From positions 23,188,001-23,252,000 of the forward strand of contig OX597822.1 of assembly GCA_951406725.2 (NCBI GenBank): DNA of 64,000 bases. The letters are read 5' to 3'. Shown piece by piece: positions 1-14,185 of this stretch. The first letter of the stretch is position 1; each line of letters begins with the position of its first letter. The notes below the pieces were generated by a model. The model did no database searches. It was given only the letters and a program-made list of their open reading frames with translations, and was not told where the DNA came from. Origin of the DNA: Octopus vulgaris (lineage: Eukaryota). The position numbers were made by a program, and so were the translations under genes.

Positions 1-1255
1 TCTATGTTTAGCCTCTTGTGGGCAATAAAGACATAAGAAACTTGCTTCTCAACTACATGGTTCTGGGTTCACTACCACTGTATGGCACCTTGGGCAAGTG
101 TCTTCTCCTATAGCCTCAACCTGACTAAAACCTTGTGAATGGATTTGGTAAACAGGAGCTGAAAGAATCCTGGTCTATATAGCACTGGTCAGGGTGGAAG
201 ATTAGTAACCCTTTTGTTGGTGTATTTCTAGTGAAATACACTGCCTTTGTTTAAATTAGTTTTGAAAATAATCAAGTCAGTAAAATAGCTGTCATTTTGA
301 ACTCATTTTGTTCCATGACTGTTGAAATACATAACATTTATTTCAATTAATGGATCTTTTCAGTTTGCTAACGTTTCTGCCAGCTCGCTGCTGTACCATG
401 CCACAAAAGACAACTGTCGAACTGTCCAACCCATGCCAGCATGGAAACCGAATGTTAAACGATGATGATGATGACTAATGACTACCTTCAATATCTTTTA
501 AGTTCTTTTTTCCCCCTTTTGATATAAATCCATCTGGTTCTCGGATACAAACTTCCAGCTTTAAAGAGAACTGAATTAAAATCTTCCATTAAAATTTCAT
601 GTTATAATATATGTTCCAGCTTAATAACCAGCTTAATAACGACAGACTTATTTCACTAAATTATTCATTATTTTTTAAATTAATTGATTACAAAGCCAAC
701 TTATCTCAACAGAAGTTTGTTAACAAAAGGGTTAATAAACGACAAATATATCTTACTCAATTATTCAATACTTTGAAAATTAATTGAAACAAAAGCAGTG
801 CATTTCAATAGAAATACAGTAATTGAAGGGTTAAGATGAACTTTGTCACATCAGATGTTTAAAGAACAAAAGATAAAACAAAAGATATTCTTATTCTGAG
901 GTTCACGTGACTTCTTGATTGGCAATCAAGTTCTATAAATAGCAAGATAATTATGCATGTTTTCAACTCACACCTTATCAACACAGATGACTTTTCCCCC
1001 AATTAAAAATAAATCTTTTATTGCTATATACATTTGTCACCCTATGTTGTTTATTCTTTTACTTGTTTCAGTCATTTCGACTGCGGTCATGCTGGAGCAT
1101 CACCTTTAGTCGAACAAGCCAACCCCAGCACTTATTTTTTGTAAGCCTAATACTTATTTCTATCAGTCTCTTTTGCTGAACTGCTAAGTTACAGGGATGT
1201 AAATACACCATCATCGGTTGTCAAGCAATGGTGGAGGGACAAACACATACACACA

Positions 1256-1295
<40 letters not shown>

Positions 1296-1356
1296 ATGGG
1301 CTTCTTTCAGTTTCCGTCTATCAAATCCACTCACACACACACAAAACATATATATA

Positions 1357-1587
1357 TATTTCTTTACTGCCCACAAAGGGCTAAACACAGAGGGGACAAA
1401 CAAGGACAGATATAGGTATTAAGTCGATTACATTGACCCAGTGCGTAACTGGTACTTAATTTATCGACCCCGAAAGGATGAAAGGCAAAGTCGACCTTGG
1501 CGGAATTTGAACTCAGAACGTAATGGCAGACGAAATACCGCTAAGCATTTCGCCCAGCACGCTAACGTTTCTGCCAGCTCGCCACCT
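1357..1587 (-). mobile_element. tRNA-derived SINE with Nin/Deu-type central domain (family B)
   Basis: Reverse strand: ggtggcgagctggcagaaacgttagc...gagttcaaattcc...gtcgactttgcctttcatcctttcggggtcgataaattaagtaccag (Nin-domain-like). Flanked by the direct repeat acaaaacatatatata. Confidence 0.8.
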
Positions 1588-1609
1588 TAACAAAACATAT
1601 ATATAACAT

Positions 1610-2635
1610 CAAAAAAAGTTCCTCTCCAAGGCAAAGGCTCATAAGGCCAGTTTCCCAGATTCTGTGAAGAATATTGGAAAAGAGCTACCTTTATCATGAT
1701 TATTCATACTGGGTATAAAAATGCCAACCTCATGACTGTTGCTCAATGCTCTATGGATGCTGTAAAAGCTGTAAGACATGACATGGACAGCAGCAAAGAT
1801 GTGAGGGTGAATTCCAGTGTTCTGACTACACCAGCACACTGGAACTTACCCCCACATCGTTGAACGGGGCCTTAAGCTCAATTCAGACAGCTATGTGAAG
1901 CTGCTGGAGACTGTGATCAAACCATGTCTGGAGAGGGTTGCCAGTGGGAGGCCAAATGTGTGGCAGCATGATTCAGTTCCTTGCCATAGCTTCACAAAGA
2001 GTCAGCTTGTAATTCCAGAGATTACTATGCTTGGGTTACAGTAGAGAAAGACACCAACTGCTCTGCCTGGTGGAGGCACATGGCCTAGTGGTTAGAGCAG
2101 CGGACTCGTGGGTTTGAATCTCAGATCGGGCGATGTGTGTGTTTATGAGCGAAACATCTAAGCTCCACGCGGCTCCGGCAGAAGGTAATGGCGAACTTCT
2201 GCTGACTCTTTCGCCACAACTTTCTCTCACTCTTTCCTCCTGCATCTTGCAGCCCATCTGCGATGGACCGGCGTCCCGTCCAGGTGGGGAACCTATACGC
2301 CAAGGAAACCGGCCCTCATGAGCCAGGCATGGCTCGAGAAAGAACAAACAAAAAACTGCTCTGCCTGCAACACCAAGGCCAAGCTAATGACCATGATTAA
2401 GGAGATGTTCAAAGATCTTCTCGGGGACACAGTGAGGAATGCATGTGCCAGGTCCTGGAGGCATCTTTAGGCCAGAGTAGAAGCTGAGAGTGGTTACTTT
2501 GAGTAAACTGTCCTCTCCCAGCCATAATCTAGTTGATATTTTTTTGATTTTTTAAGAAATACTCGTATTTTTGGATGGGATAGTGCATTTTCTTTTCCTT
2601 TCATGCAAACTGTCAAATTTAGCCTGAACACCTTG
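1610..2635 (+). mobile_element. Internally deleted Tc1/mariner-superfamily (DD37D/maT-like) transposon remnant, interrupted by a SINE
   Basis: Decayed transposase fragments: EEYWKRATFIMIIHTGYKNANLMTVAQCSMDAVKAVRH (N-terminal HTH-like), GLKLNSDSYVKLLETVIKPCLERVASGRPNVWQHDSVPCH, DYYAWVTVEKDTN..CNTKAKLMTMIKEMF..VRNACARSWRHL*ARVEAESGYFE*. The right end ...tgtcaaatttagcctgaacaccttg is followed by TA (2636-2637), consistent with a CA(A/G)GGTG-type TIR. Confidence 0.85.
2070..2353 (+). mobile_element. tRNA-derived SINE with MetaSINE-like central domain
   Basis: A-box-like TGGCCTAGTGG, B-box-like GGTTTGAATC, central tgcgatggaccggcgtcccgtccagg...gaaaccggccctcatgagcc, and A-rich tail. Exact 14-bp TSD aactgctctgcctg at 2056-2069 and 2354-2367. 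Confidence 0.8.
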
Positions 2636-4094
2636 TATTTAATGTTTTAATTAATATATTTAAGATTTAAAATTTCACACCTTGAATATTCAAGTTTATT
2701 GTTAGCTAAGAGAACATTTACAGATACGTATACATGGCTTTATATGCATATATGCTTGTACACACACACACACGCGCACAGATGAGCATAAACAGGCATA
2801 ATGGATACAATAGAAATAAAGTTTTGGTATATCTGTCTTGCTAATAATGACATACTACAGATCCTGCAATCTATTCCATTTCTAAGAAATTCTGCTCATC
2901 TCTGACATAACTAATGTGCATTCTATCCATATAGAAGGCCATTATTGCTTCACATCAAAAGACATGACAGTTACAGAAACAAATGAATTTATGAGATTAA
3001 TATTTAAGATGACTGAAGTTATGGAAGGCCAGATTAGTTATTATTTATTTGTCATCTTTATTCTATTATTTGTTTCTATCCTTCGTCTGCAGCCCTGCTA
3101 GACACCTTCAAGGGTTTCAGACAATTATTATATGAACCCACTCTCATACCCACCCCCACCAGCTCTTTGGTGTTTGTTTCAATGATTTTGCAAGAGAATA
3201 AAAAGCTAAGTTGACCTTGGTGTGAAGGGATGTAACTCAAATAGCATTGTTATTCAAGGCACCGATTGTGTTCATTACACACCAATACAGAAAGACATAT
3301 TCTTACATACATTACACACACACACACACACACATATATGCATGCATGCACATATACACACATGCCGAGTGTCCATGCAGTTTCAAATTTTCCTCAAAGT
3401 TTTGTATCTATGGTCTCAGTTCCTGCTCTTATGATGCTGAGCAATGGAATTGAACTTGAAACATTGTGAAGTGAATGTCTTAACCTCACACCCACATCTT
3501 TATTTATGTGTGTGTGCATGCAAGTACAAGTGTATGTGTATATGAGTATGTGTATGTGTGTGTTTAGCATAAGCACATGTAGCAATGAAAATCAAAATAA
3601 TGATGTGTACCAACATTTTCCACATGTTCCTGCTCCCTAGAACATCATCATGCCAAAAGCAGTCTGGTTGTCGTCGTCTGGTGGTAGCACTCAGAACTTG
3701 GTACGTTTCAATACAAAGTTTACAGGAATAATAAATTTCTTCTCTGAAGCCAAAAACCAGCAGTAAATGCCATTAGGAGGAGATCATCATCATCAGCAAA
3801 CATCCATTTTCCATGCTGGTATGGGTTGGAAGGTTTGACAGGAGTTGGCTAGCTAGAGGACCGTGTCAAACTCTTCTGTCTACTTTGGCATGATCTCAAC
3901 GGCTGGATGCTTTTTCATGTGGCACCAGTACCAGCAAGGTCACCAAGTAATGTGCAAGACAAAGCCCACCCCCTCAACTGAGGGCAGAGTAAATATTGAG
4001 GGAAGTGGCTTTGTGTCAGATGACGAAAGGTTAAGCTTTGATAAAGGAGCAAAAACAGGTGTCATGCTGTAGAGGAGATACAATGGCTACCCAA

Positions 4095-4135
<41 letters not shown>

Positions 4136-4158
4136 GTGGGGAAGATATGCCAGGGCAT

Positions 4159-4372
4159 ACCTATTTCTTTACTACCCAAAAGGGGCTACACACAGAGAGG
4201 ACAAACAGGGACAGGCACACGGATTAAGTCGATTATATCGACCCCAGTGCATAACTGGTACTTATTTAATCGACCCTGGAAGGACGAATGGCAAAGTCGA
4301 CCTCGGCGGAATTTGAACTCAGAACGTAACAGCTACGCACTTTGCCCGGCGTGCTAACGTTTCTGCCAGCTC
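4159..4372 (-). mobile_element. Family B (Nin-domain) SINE copy
   Basis: Same consensus as 1357-1587. Confidence 0.8.
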
Positions 4373-7300
4373 ACAAGGTACAAAGTGGTGAATGTAAGTG
4401 GAGTGGTACAGAGAATTGGACAGGGTGGGTGAGCAGGGAGTTGATGAGAGAGTAGGAGGAGAGAGGAGGGGAAGGGGTGTACAGTACATATTACATGTAT
4501 CATGGACATTGGATGTTAAAGGATGACGACGATGATGATGACGTTGATGATAATAATATATTATCGTTTTAATATCCACTTTCCCATGTGGATGGGAAGA
4601 GAACTGCTTAACCACACAGCCATGTGATCTGCTAATGTAGGACTTGCTAAAAGGATTTTGTGTTCCACTCACTGCTCTCAACAACAACAGCAACCCATAA
4701 CATTCTATATGACAGTCCCTAACAACTGGGAAAAAAATAAAACAAAACACTGACTTATTTTCATGTTTACTTGTTTATATTATCAAATGTCATAAACACC
4801 CAACTGGAATAATGGTGGGAAGTGGAAGAAATACCTTCTTTGTTTTGGTTTGAAATAATTAGCACCTTGTAAGCAAACAGGGAGAAAATGAAGGTTGTTG
4901 ATTTGAATTTAGCCAGAGATTGTGTGTTTTAATAACAAAGATAAAAGTGAGTGTGTGTGTGTGTGAGTGAGAGATACATGGTTACTTGTGCAACACAAGT
5001 AATCATGTGTCTCTTCTACAAGAAATTTGTTCTAATTTCTCCTTTCATACTTCTAACCCTTTAGCATTTAAACCAGCCAGATTTGACCTCTCACACCTAG
5101 CCTACAATGTCATTCTAAAAATTAACAACCACGTCATTGAAATCATGAAGTAATGGGATAGTGCACAATTAATTCAAAATCATGTGAATAAAGGGTTAAT
5201 CCTTTAGCAATTAAACTGGCCATATCCAGCCAAAATATTCTACCTGTTTTAAGTTAAAAACTGACCAGATCCAACTTCTCATACTGACCTCACAATATCA
5301 TTATAAAAACATACAATCACATTCTTGAAATCTTGAAACTACAAGATGCCTGATTAATTCAAAACAGGTGGCACATAAAAAGCACCATTTGAGTGCGGTC
5401 GTTGCCAGTACCACCTAACTGGCCCTCATGCCAGTGGAACGTAAAAGCATCCAGAGTGGTTGGCATTAGGAAGGGCATCCAGCTGTAGAAACTCTGCCAG
5501 ATCAGATTGGAGTCTGGTTCGCCAGACCTCAGTCAAATCGTCCAATCCATGCTAGCATGGAAAGCGGACGTTAAACAATGATGATGATGAATGTGAATAA
5601 ATTAAGAAATAAACTGAAGAAAGAAGTTTGAATGATAAAGGGTTAAATTCACATCACTTATCATAAAGTTGCCCCTCTTTCTACTAAACAACAACTCACT
5701 TGAAGGGGGTCTTAGTCTTGTGAGTTAAATGGCAACACTGCTTGTGCAGGTACCATGACAAAAAGCATTCAGAACATTCTGCGAAGTGGTTGGCATTAGA
5801 AAAGATGTTCAGCCACAGAATCCATGCCAAGGCAGACACTGGAGTAATGACGGAATCCGCAGATATGTTGGATCTGGTTCAAACTAGTCAACCCATATCA
5901 ACATGGAAGACTAGTGTTAAAAGCTGATTGCCTAGCTGTGTGGTAAGAAGTATTGCTTCTCAACCATACGGTTCTGGGTTCAGTTTCACTGCATGGCAAC
6001 TTGAGCAAGTGTCTTCTACTATAGCCCTGGATCAATCAAAGCCTTGTGCATAGATTTGGTCAATGGAAACTGAAATGAACCTGTAGTGTGTGTGTGTGTG
6101 CATGCATCTGTCACCATTACTTCTTAATAACTGATGTTCTTTTGATTATGTCCATGTCACTTAGCAGCAATTCGGCAAAAAGAGAGCAATAGAATAAGTA
6201 GCAGACTTTAAAAATAAGTTCTGAGGCCATTTTGTAGTTCCTCCAACATGGTAGCAGTCTAATGACTGAAACAAGTAATATATATATATATATATATATA
6301 TATAAACATAGTAATAGAGGCTTCACAAAGAGTTAGAATCCAGAAGTAAAAGAGACAAACACAAACACACACAAGCAGATACATATGCAGCACATAAAAG
6401 ATATGAAGCAAAGGCAAACAAGCAGACAAGATATAAAACAGAAGGAGACAGAAACACACATACAAACAAAAATGAAGAACAGTCTTGTGTGTATGTCGGG
6501 GTGGGGTGATGTGAAGGGGCGAAGGAGAGAGAGAAGGTTGGTCTTGATGTTGATGCCGTTAGTGGTGGAAGCAATGCAAGGCAATGAAGAGAATATAAAG
6601 GAAAGGTCATCAAGTCAGTGGAATTTGCCAAGTCGAACAATTGTCAGCAAAAATCAGAGATCACTAGGCACCGACTCAACCTCCAGCAAATTGCTTTTAA
6701 GCAGCAGCAGCAGTAGTAGTAGTTGTAGTAGTAGTAGTAGTAGAACGTTGGAAGAAGATGGTGGGGGGCTAATTAGTTAATCAGAGACAAAAAAAAATTG
6801 AAAATGAAAGACAACAACTTAATGCCAGTAGGGTTGGGGTAGGTGTAAACAGTGCGAAGTTTCTGGTTTTAATCTAGGAAAGAGTTTGAGAGAGGAGGAA
6901 GAGGAAGAAGAGAGAGGGGAGACGGAATGGGGGGAGGGTTATTTCAGAAATTTTCATTTAGTTTTTTTCTTGTGATTCATTATATTCATTATATTTTCTT
7001 GAGCACGCATGCATGCATGTGTGTGTATATATGTGGATGTGTGTGGATAAAATAATGGTGGCAAATTAATTGGTAGAGTCATTAGAGCATCAGGTAGAAT
7101 GCCTTGCAATGTTTATTCCAACACATTGCATTACGAGTTCAAATTACACTCAGGTCAATTTTACCATTCATCCTTTTGAAGGCAGACAAACAACAAAAAC
7201 AACCGTGAAGTACTGGGTTGATTCTTTTCTCTCTCTTTTTCACTCTCTCTCTACAACTAAATACTGTAAAACACACATACACACCACACATCATACACAT

Positions 7301-9099
7301 ATTACTATAAATCCTAATGGCTAATAACGTTATATTAATAACATTAGCTCTTTAGCATCTAAGCTGGCTATACCAGGCCCAAATTTTCTACCAGTTTTAT
7401 GTTCAAACTGGCCAGATTTAGCCTCTCACACCTACCCTACAATGTCATTCTAGAAATAAACAATCACATCAAAATCTCAAAGCTATGATGTAATGCATGA
7501 TTTATTCAAAATGTGAAGAAATAAGGATTACTTTTGACAGTAATCTGAATGCTCAAGGGTTAATAATGTCTATATTTTCACATAAAGTATGAGCTGTTCT
7601 GTTTATAGGCTGAATAACTACAGAAGAATGAAAGATTATTTTATATAAATCAAGAGTAATGCAAGTCTTGATATTTCTGAAGAATTAAGATTACAAATTG
7701 ATATATGCTAACAAGATGAGGCCATTGCAAAAGAACAGTTGTATAACGAGGCAAGGTCAATACGATCAGTTCAATCACTCTAATGAAATAATCTTTTAAA
7801 AGGTAAAACACACACATACTACAGCGTTCAATTTCCTGATTCTTGTTAGCTTGAAAAATAAAATTGACAAACCAAATTTTCTAAAGTATAAAAGCAACCA
7901 CAAATAACTGAAAAATTATGAGAGAATTAGAAAATTTAATACCCTTTAGGGACTAATTTTTCTATATTTTTAGTTTGTTCACATGTTGCTTGCTATTTGA
8001 TGACTTCTGGCAACAATGGACAGCCATTTAATTGTATCAAAATCCTGAAGAACTATTCAAAGATACTTCTAGATGCAGCAAACATCACTTCATAAAGCAA
8101 ATTTAAATTATATTTGGCACATATCTAATATTTGAAATATGAAAGAGAGCAGAAACCTTCGATTGCAAGAAAGCATGAGTGAATGAACGTGAAACAGCGA
8201 TATTGAAAAGGAGATGACATCTCAATGCCATACCGTTCAAGAAAAGGAAAAGTGGAAAGAACCCTCTTAAAGATGCAGCATTATACACACACACACTTCA
8301 TACATTTTGAATAGAAATTTGAATATATATCAGATATACATTTTATACACATACACACATATTTGGTATATGTTATATATCAATGTTATATTGATATGTG
8401 TATGTGTATAATATATGCTATCTATTACATTATACAAACACATATAAAACAATTATACATACTAGTTATATATCATATTATACACACATGCACTTGAAAA
8501 TATTTTCCTAGAGATCGCCAATTAATAATGAAAGTGACAATTCAAGGACCTTCTTATATCAATGCTATTAATCTAAAGCCACATGTGTTCCATCTCAGTG
8601 GCACTGACCCAAAATTGACCAACTTACACACGTGTCATAAAAGTAATCTCTTAATACACTGATTTCAACTAAAATACAAAGTGGATGGAAGTGTATGGTA
8701 GAGTAGGAGGGGTGCTATTTTTAGAGTTAAGAGTCTTGGCCTTGAACAGCAAGTGTAGCGCCAGAGATAAGATAACTGTTACCCACTCAGCAACACCCTA
8801 CCAAATCAACCACCTGTGCTCTTGTGCATTACTATACCTTCATTCCCATCCCACCCAAATTCCTGTTGCAGGAAACGTGATGAAAGAAGCAAGTTTCTCA
8901 CAACCATACGGCTTCAGATTTGGTGCTGCTGCACAGAACCAAGGGCAAGTGTTTTTCACTTTTTCTTCATGTTGACCAAAATGTCTTGTGAGGCAAATTC
9001 CACAGCTGGAAATCTGCAGAGTGGTAAAAAGGAGCCAGATACATATTTGTTGATACTCAACAGTGAAAGAAGTGAAAGAAGTGCAATATGGCCCAACCA

Positions 9100-9278
9100 A
9101 ATGGTGTTCTGACTGCATCAGCACATGGGAATTTATCCCCACATTGTTGAACCAAGGTCTTAGGCTCAATTCAGACAGATATGTGAAGCTGCTGGAGACT
9201 ATAATCGAATCCTGGCTGGAGAGGGTTGCCAGTGGGAGGCTAGATGTGTGGCAGAAGGATTCAGCTCCTTGCCGAATC
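9100..9278 (+). pseudogene. Second fragment of the same DD37D/maT-like transposase
   Basis: ORF 9063..9572 contains QGLRLNSDRYVKLLETIIESWLERVASGRLDVWQKDSAPC; the DNA is clearly homologous to 1815-1985. Confidence 0.8.
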
Positions 9279-10944
9279 CCCCCCCCCCCCCCCGAAAGAG
9301 TTGAGGAATTGCAAGAGCAACTCTCACACTCCTTCCACACTCTTGCAAACTTTACCCTCTCAATCTTCATGATCTTCCATCTCTGCACTCTCTTCTATTT
9401 ATTTTCTTGTACCTTAAGGTTAGGATCTGATGCCTCTTCACCTCCATTTTTATCCTTCTCCAGCTCCATCTCAACTACTCTCACCAATTCTTATATCATG
9501 CAAGGTAGCCGTATATCTTTTCTACACCAACAAACCTTTTCCACTTCCTTCTACCATGGTTTAACCTCTTGACCTAGCACTAAACCATGTCCTTCTACTC
9601 ACACTCAATCGAGGGGGCTGTCATCCAAGAGTGGCAGGAGAGATGCATCTATTGCTATCAGCATTACTATGCTGCCCACCACCACCAAGACTACACACAC
9701 ATGTTACACATGTAATAGAGCTCAAAGGGCCAGAGTAACGTCTGTCCAGGATCAAAGGCCTCACTCTTTAGGGAGTGAGTGCCATCAATGGATTTCTCTG
9801 GACAACTGAAAGAAGAGTTTACTGTAAATACTTTGTTGTATTTAAGCCATATTTCAGTTGTAACACACCATCCTTGTTTTAATTTAGAAAATAACGAAAT
9901 ATTTAATAAAATAGCTGCATATTAAGACGGTATTTGGGACATAATTTAACATGAAATTTTGATGGAAGGGTTTTGAATCAAGATCAATTTAAAACAGGAA
10001 TTTAGTATCATAGAACTAGAGGAGGTCTCAGGTGAATTGATATCAAAAGGGTTAAGGCTACAAAAAAAGGGACATAACTCCGATTAAATTCAACCATTCA
10101 AAGAAGGGACATAACTGGAAAAATTTGACCATTCGAGATTACAGATCGATAAAATAAGTACACTGAAGGTAGTGCTCCGGCATGGCCGGAATGCAATAGC
10201 TGAAACCAGTAATGAAAAAAAAAAAAGATTTACTTTCGAATTAGTTTACAAAGTGTTTTTTTTATGTTTGTTTTACAAGCCATCTTGATTAATCATTTTA
10301 ACTGAAGCAGTCAATACTTTAGATTGAGAAATCTAGATTAACAACAACAACAGCAAAAGAGAGAAACTGAAACAGTTCTGGCTAATTATAGACGTGGTTC
10401 TGACAGGTTCTTACTGCAGAGAGAGATTAGAATAGAAGACGGAGCCTGAATATCGACATTAATAAGACTTCTATGTGTCACCCCCCCCCCACCTCCACCG
10501 GTCAAAGTGGTGAAAAGACAATGAAAGAAATCGTTAAGGCGAAAGATAACAATAATTAGCAACAACAAACTGACTGTTGTTGCGATGCATCTGGTAATAT
10601 TACAATGTAACACGCTTAGCAGCTAGCCCAGCTCTCTATCAGTAGAATTGAAGCATGGCACACATATTTGCCATAACATCTCTAAGACATCATATTTTCA
10701 GTATTTCACAAAAGCAATTCATAAAAAAACAGCAAAGAAGAAAGAAATGAATAAAAGGAAGCTATTTTTACATCAAGACAATGAACAGCAACAATTCAAC
10801 TCATCGTTTTATGACCATTTTTTCACCCTTTCCCCTCGCAAACTAGCATGTGTTAGACAAAATATTATATATATATATGATCGAGGCATTGTTTTCCTGC
10901 AAGAAACCGTTCATGGGGCTAACTTTTACCGGGCTTTCGAGGAA

Positions 10945-11237
10945 GGGATCTCTGGCATTCCTTCGATATAACTCGACAAAATTAAAACATTTCACTTCGG
11001 ATATTTCCTTGGGTTGTGGAATATAGACATAACGAAATTATGCCAGCAATGTCGCATTTTAAACTTGAAGAGAAAAAAAAAGCCTCGCATATTTGTTCTT
11101 ACCTGTTTCATGTGTGTATGTAAAATCCGCAAATTTCCAAGCAGAAAACAGAATCGAATTGTCATTTGCTTTCACAGAAATACCCGAAGTGAAATGTTTT
11201 GATTTTGTCGAGTTATATCGAAAGAATGCTGAATCTC
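10945..11237. mobile_element. MITE-like element with ~55-60-bp inverted repeats
   Basis: gcattccttcgatataactcgacaaaattaaaacatttcacttcggatatttc (10955-11007) is the near-reverse-complement of 11177-11229. Confidence 0.7.
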
Positions 11238-11828
11238 TTATATCATGTCTTTGAAAGCACAAAGACAAGTAAATGATTTGTTAGCAGAGGTAACAACGTA
11301 GTTCGTAGCTTAGGATTTCCGTAAAATGCAAATGTAAAGTCACACACACACACACCATTTTAAGGTCCGCTTTTCCAAATGTACATGGGTCAGAACAGAA
11401 TTTGCTTGAGGCACGACGGGATGCCCTTTCTGTTGTCAACCCTCACCTGTTTCCGAGAAAGGTAATATTTCCTCCTCCATGGCAGACATGTTTTCATGGA
11501 AAGTTGGAAACAACCAGGTGGATCTGGCGCACATTCACCTTTTGCTGTTTCCCTATAAATCTACGCATGCACAAACAGACAAAACAGCCGTTCATTTTCA
11601 CTTTTAGACAGAGGGATGGGGGTTGCGAGGGTGGATTAAGTTTGGAGTGTTTCATAGAAAATTACAAATTCAAAAAATTTTTTTCCTTGTTCTTAATCTC
11701 CGTATTTTCCACATTGATTGAAAAAAAAATTTTCGAAAAAAGGTTAAAAATTAAAAAGTGTGGGTGAGGGGTTAAGAATTAATTTTGTTTTGCATATTCG
11801 GAATCTCCGTCATCAAAACCATAGGAAT

Positions 11829-12218
11829 CTCTTTTACTCTTTTATTGTTTCAGTCTTTTGACTGCGGCCATGTTAGAGCACCGCCTTAGTCAAGCAAATC
11901 GACCCCAGGATTTATTCTTTGTAAGCCTAGTACTTATTCTATCAGTTTCTTTTCACGAACCGCTAAGTTACGGGCACGTAAATACACCAGCATCAGTTGT
12001 CAAGCGATGTTAGGGGGGGCATACAAAAACATACAAACACACACACACATACATATATATGACGGGCTTTTTTCAGTTTCCGTCTACCAAATCCACTCAC
12101 AAAGCTTTGGCTGGCCCGAGGCTATAGTAGAAGACACTTGGCCAAAGTGTCACGCAGTGGTACTGAACCCAGAACCATGTGGTTGGTAAGCAAGCTAAAT
12201 TACCACACAGCCACTCCT
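11829..12218 (-). mobile_element. tRNA-derived SINE family A (resembles octopus OR-type SINEs), full length
   Basis: Reverse strand: ggagtggctgtgtggtaa...ggttcagtaccac head, CORE-like ttggccaagtgtcttctactatagc, internal (TA/TG)n, and 3' ...gccgcagtcaaaagactgaaacaataaaagag. Confidence 0.8.
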
Positions 12219-12499
12219 AGTGAAAACAAAAAAACTGGAAAGATTGGTTGGTGGGGGGTTGTGTGACAGGTTTGCTCATAACTGCACAAGTGAGCAACGC
12301 CAATGGGGAGAAGTTGCAAACACGCACACACAAGCATATACGGCAAGCTTCATTCAGTTTCTGTCTACGAAGCAAAGAAAAAACAACAATCCCACAAGAG
12401 TTATAGAAGACAATTGCCCAAGGTGCCACGCAATGGGACTGAACCTCAATCTAATTGATCCAGAAGCAAACATATACATGCTTCTAAATCTATATATAT

Positions 12500-12731
12500 A
12501 TTTCTTTACTACACACTAGTGGCTAAACATAGAGGAGACAAACAAGGACAGACAAAGGGATTTAAGTCGATTACATCGACCCCAGGGCGAAACTGGTACT
12601 TTATTTATCGACCCCGAAAGGATGAAAGGCAAAGTCGACCTCGGAGGAATTTGAACTCAGAACGTAACGACAGACGAATTACGGCTACGCATTTCGCCTG
12701 CCGTGCTAACGTTTCTGCCAGCTCGTCGCCC
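12500..12731 (-). mobile_element. Family B (Nin-domain) SINE copy
   Basis: Same consensus; TSD-like atgcttctaa(a/c)tctata on both sides. Confidence 0.8.
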
Positions 12732-14051
12732 TGATGCTTCTAACTCTATATAATTAAATAAGTTCTTATGTCATAAGAGAGGTGAGCTCTGACGTTTTAG
12801 GTGGGGCCTTTCTTTGAACATCATTATAATTGTTATTTTGCCTACGTAGAGATGTATGTTATCACTAGTTTCTTCAGAATTCTAGCTGAATTGTTTTTCC
12901 TTTTCTTTTTTTTTATACCTGTGTTATATTATTAACTTGACAGCCTTTTTGTATCTCTGACAAGATGATTCTTCTGTAAGTTAGTAAACACATCACTTCT
13001 TCCTAAACATTGCACATATAAAGATCTAACTTTTGTTTTCAAACTTAACTTGCTGCTTCTACTTGCATCACATCTCCACAGAGAATTTGGTGCAGATTCC
13101 AGATTCCATTACAGAAACATAAGAAGGTTAGAGCGCGAGAGGAGTAGCTCATACAAAATGTCAGCTATGTAGTTAAGCATTATATCATATTCTCCAGGTA
13201 AGTAGTTATTTAGCCCTAGGCCAGCACTGACTACGCAAACCTAATCGTGATCAAAGATATTCAAACTTTAATCATTTAGTTTTGTTTATATTTTGTTAAA
13301 GGCATAGTTGTATAATAGTTTCTATTACAAACAATCATCATCTGTCCAACTCTTTAATAACCCCTATTACTAATCACTTCCTTCTCCCTGCTTCCCCTCA
13401 TCCATCGATCTAGAATTATTGTCCACTCTCCTATTTTCCCTTAGTGTAACTAGGGGCAGCTGTAGGGCCTTCATCTTGCAAAACACAAAGTGCCGTTCAA
13501 GAATTTGGACCTGGAGATCTCCATTTCCAGCGACTTCGAGGGCCACCTCCCAGTGGTGTCGGGCGTCAACGAAGAGCCCTCGACTACAACAAGACGACCA
13601 AAGCTTTTTTTTTTCCAAGGTCTGAGGTCTCTACCCCCTAAGCCCTAGACCATCACCTAATCACCCTTACCCGTCTTGTTGCTTAACAACAACAACAACA
13701 ACCACAAAGTGATAATCTAGGCAAAATGCAAAATTTTAAATATTTTTATTCTCATCAATTAATCAGGTCACCCGGTGCTTAAAGTAGGTCTATACAGGAC
13801 TGACCTATATAAATGAGAATATATATCTCATTCCATTTGCAGTGACTGGGCCACTGTGCAACAAAAATGTTGACAATAGGCACAAGTGTGGCTGTGTGGT
13901 AAGAAGCTTACTTCCCAACCACATGGTTCCAGGTTCAGTCCCACTATGAGGCACTTTGGGCAAGTGTCTTCTACTAATAGCTCCCAGCTAACCAATGCTT
14001 TGAGCGAATCTGGTAAATGGAAATTGGAAGAAGCCCATTGTGTGTGTGTAT

Positions 14052-14110
<59 letters not shown>

Positions 14111-14185
14111 TATATACTGCCAGCTCTGGTCAAACCGTCCGATCGATGTCAGCATGGACAATGGACATATGATGATATTGATATA

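Noticed and set aside
6385-6780. 131-aa plus-strand ORF with poly-Ser
   Set aside because: Low complexity, driven by (AGT/AGC)n; no splice or homology support.
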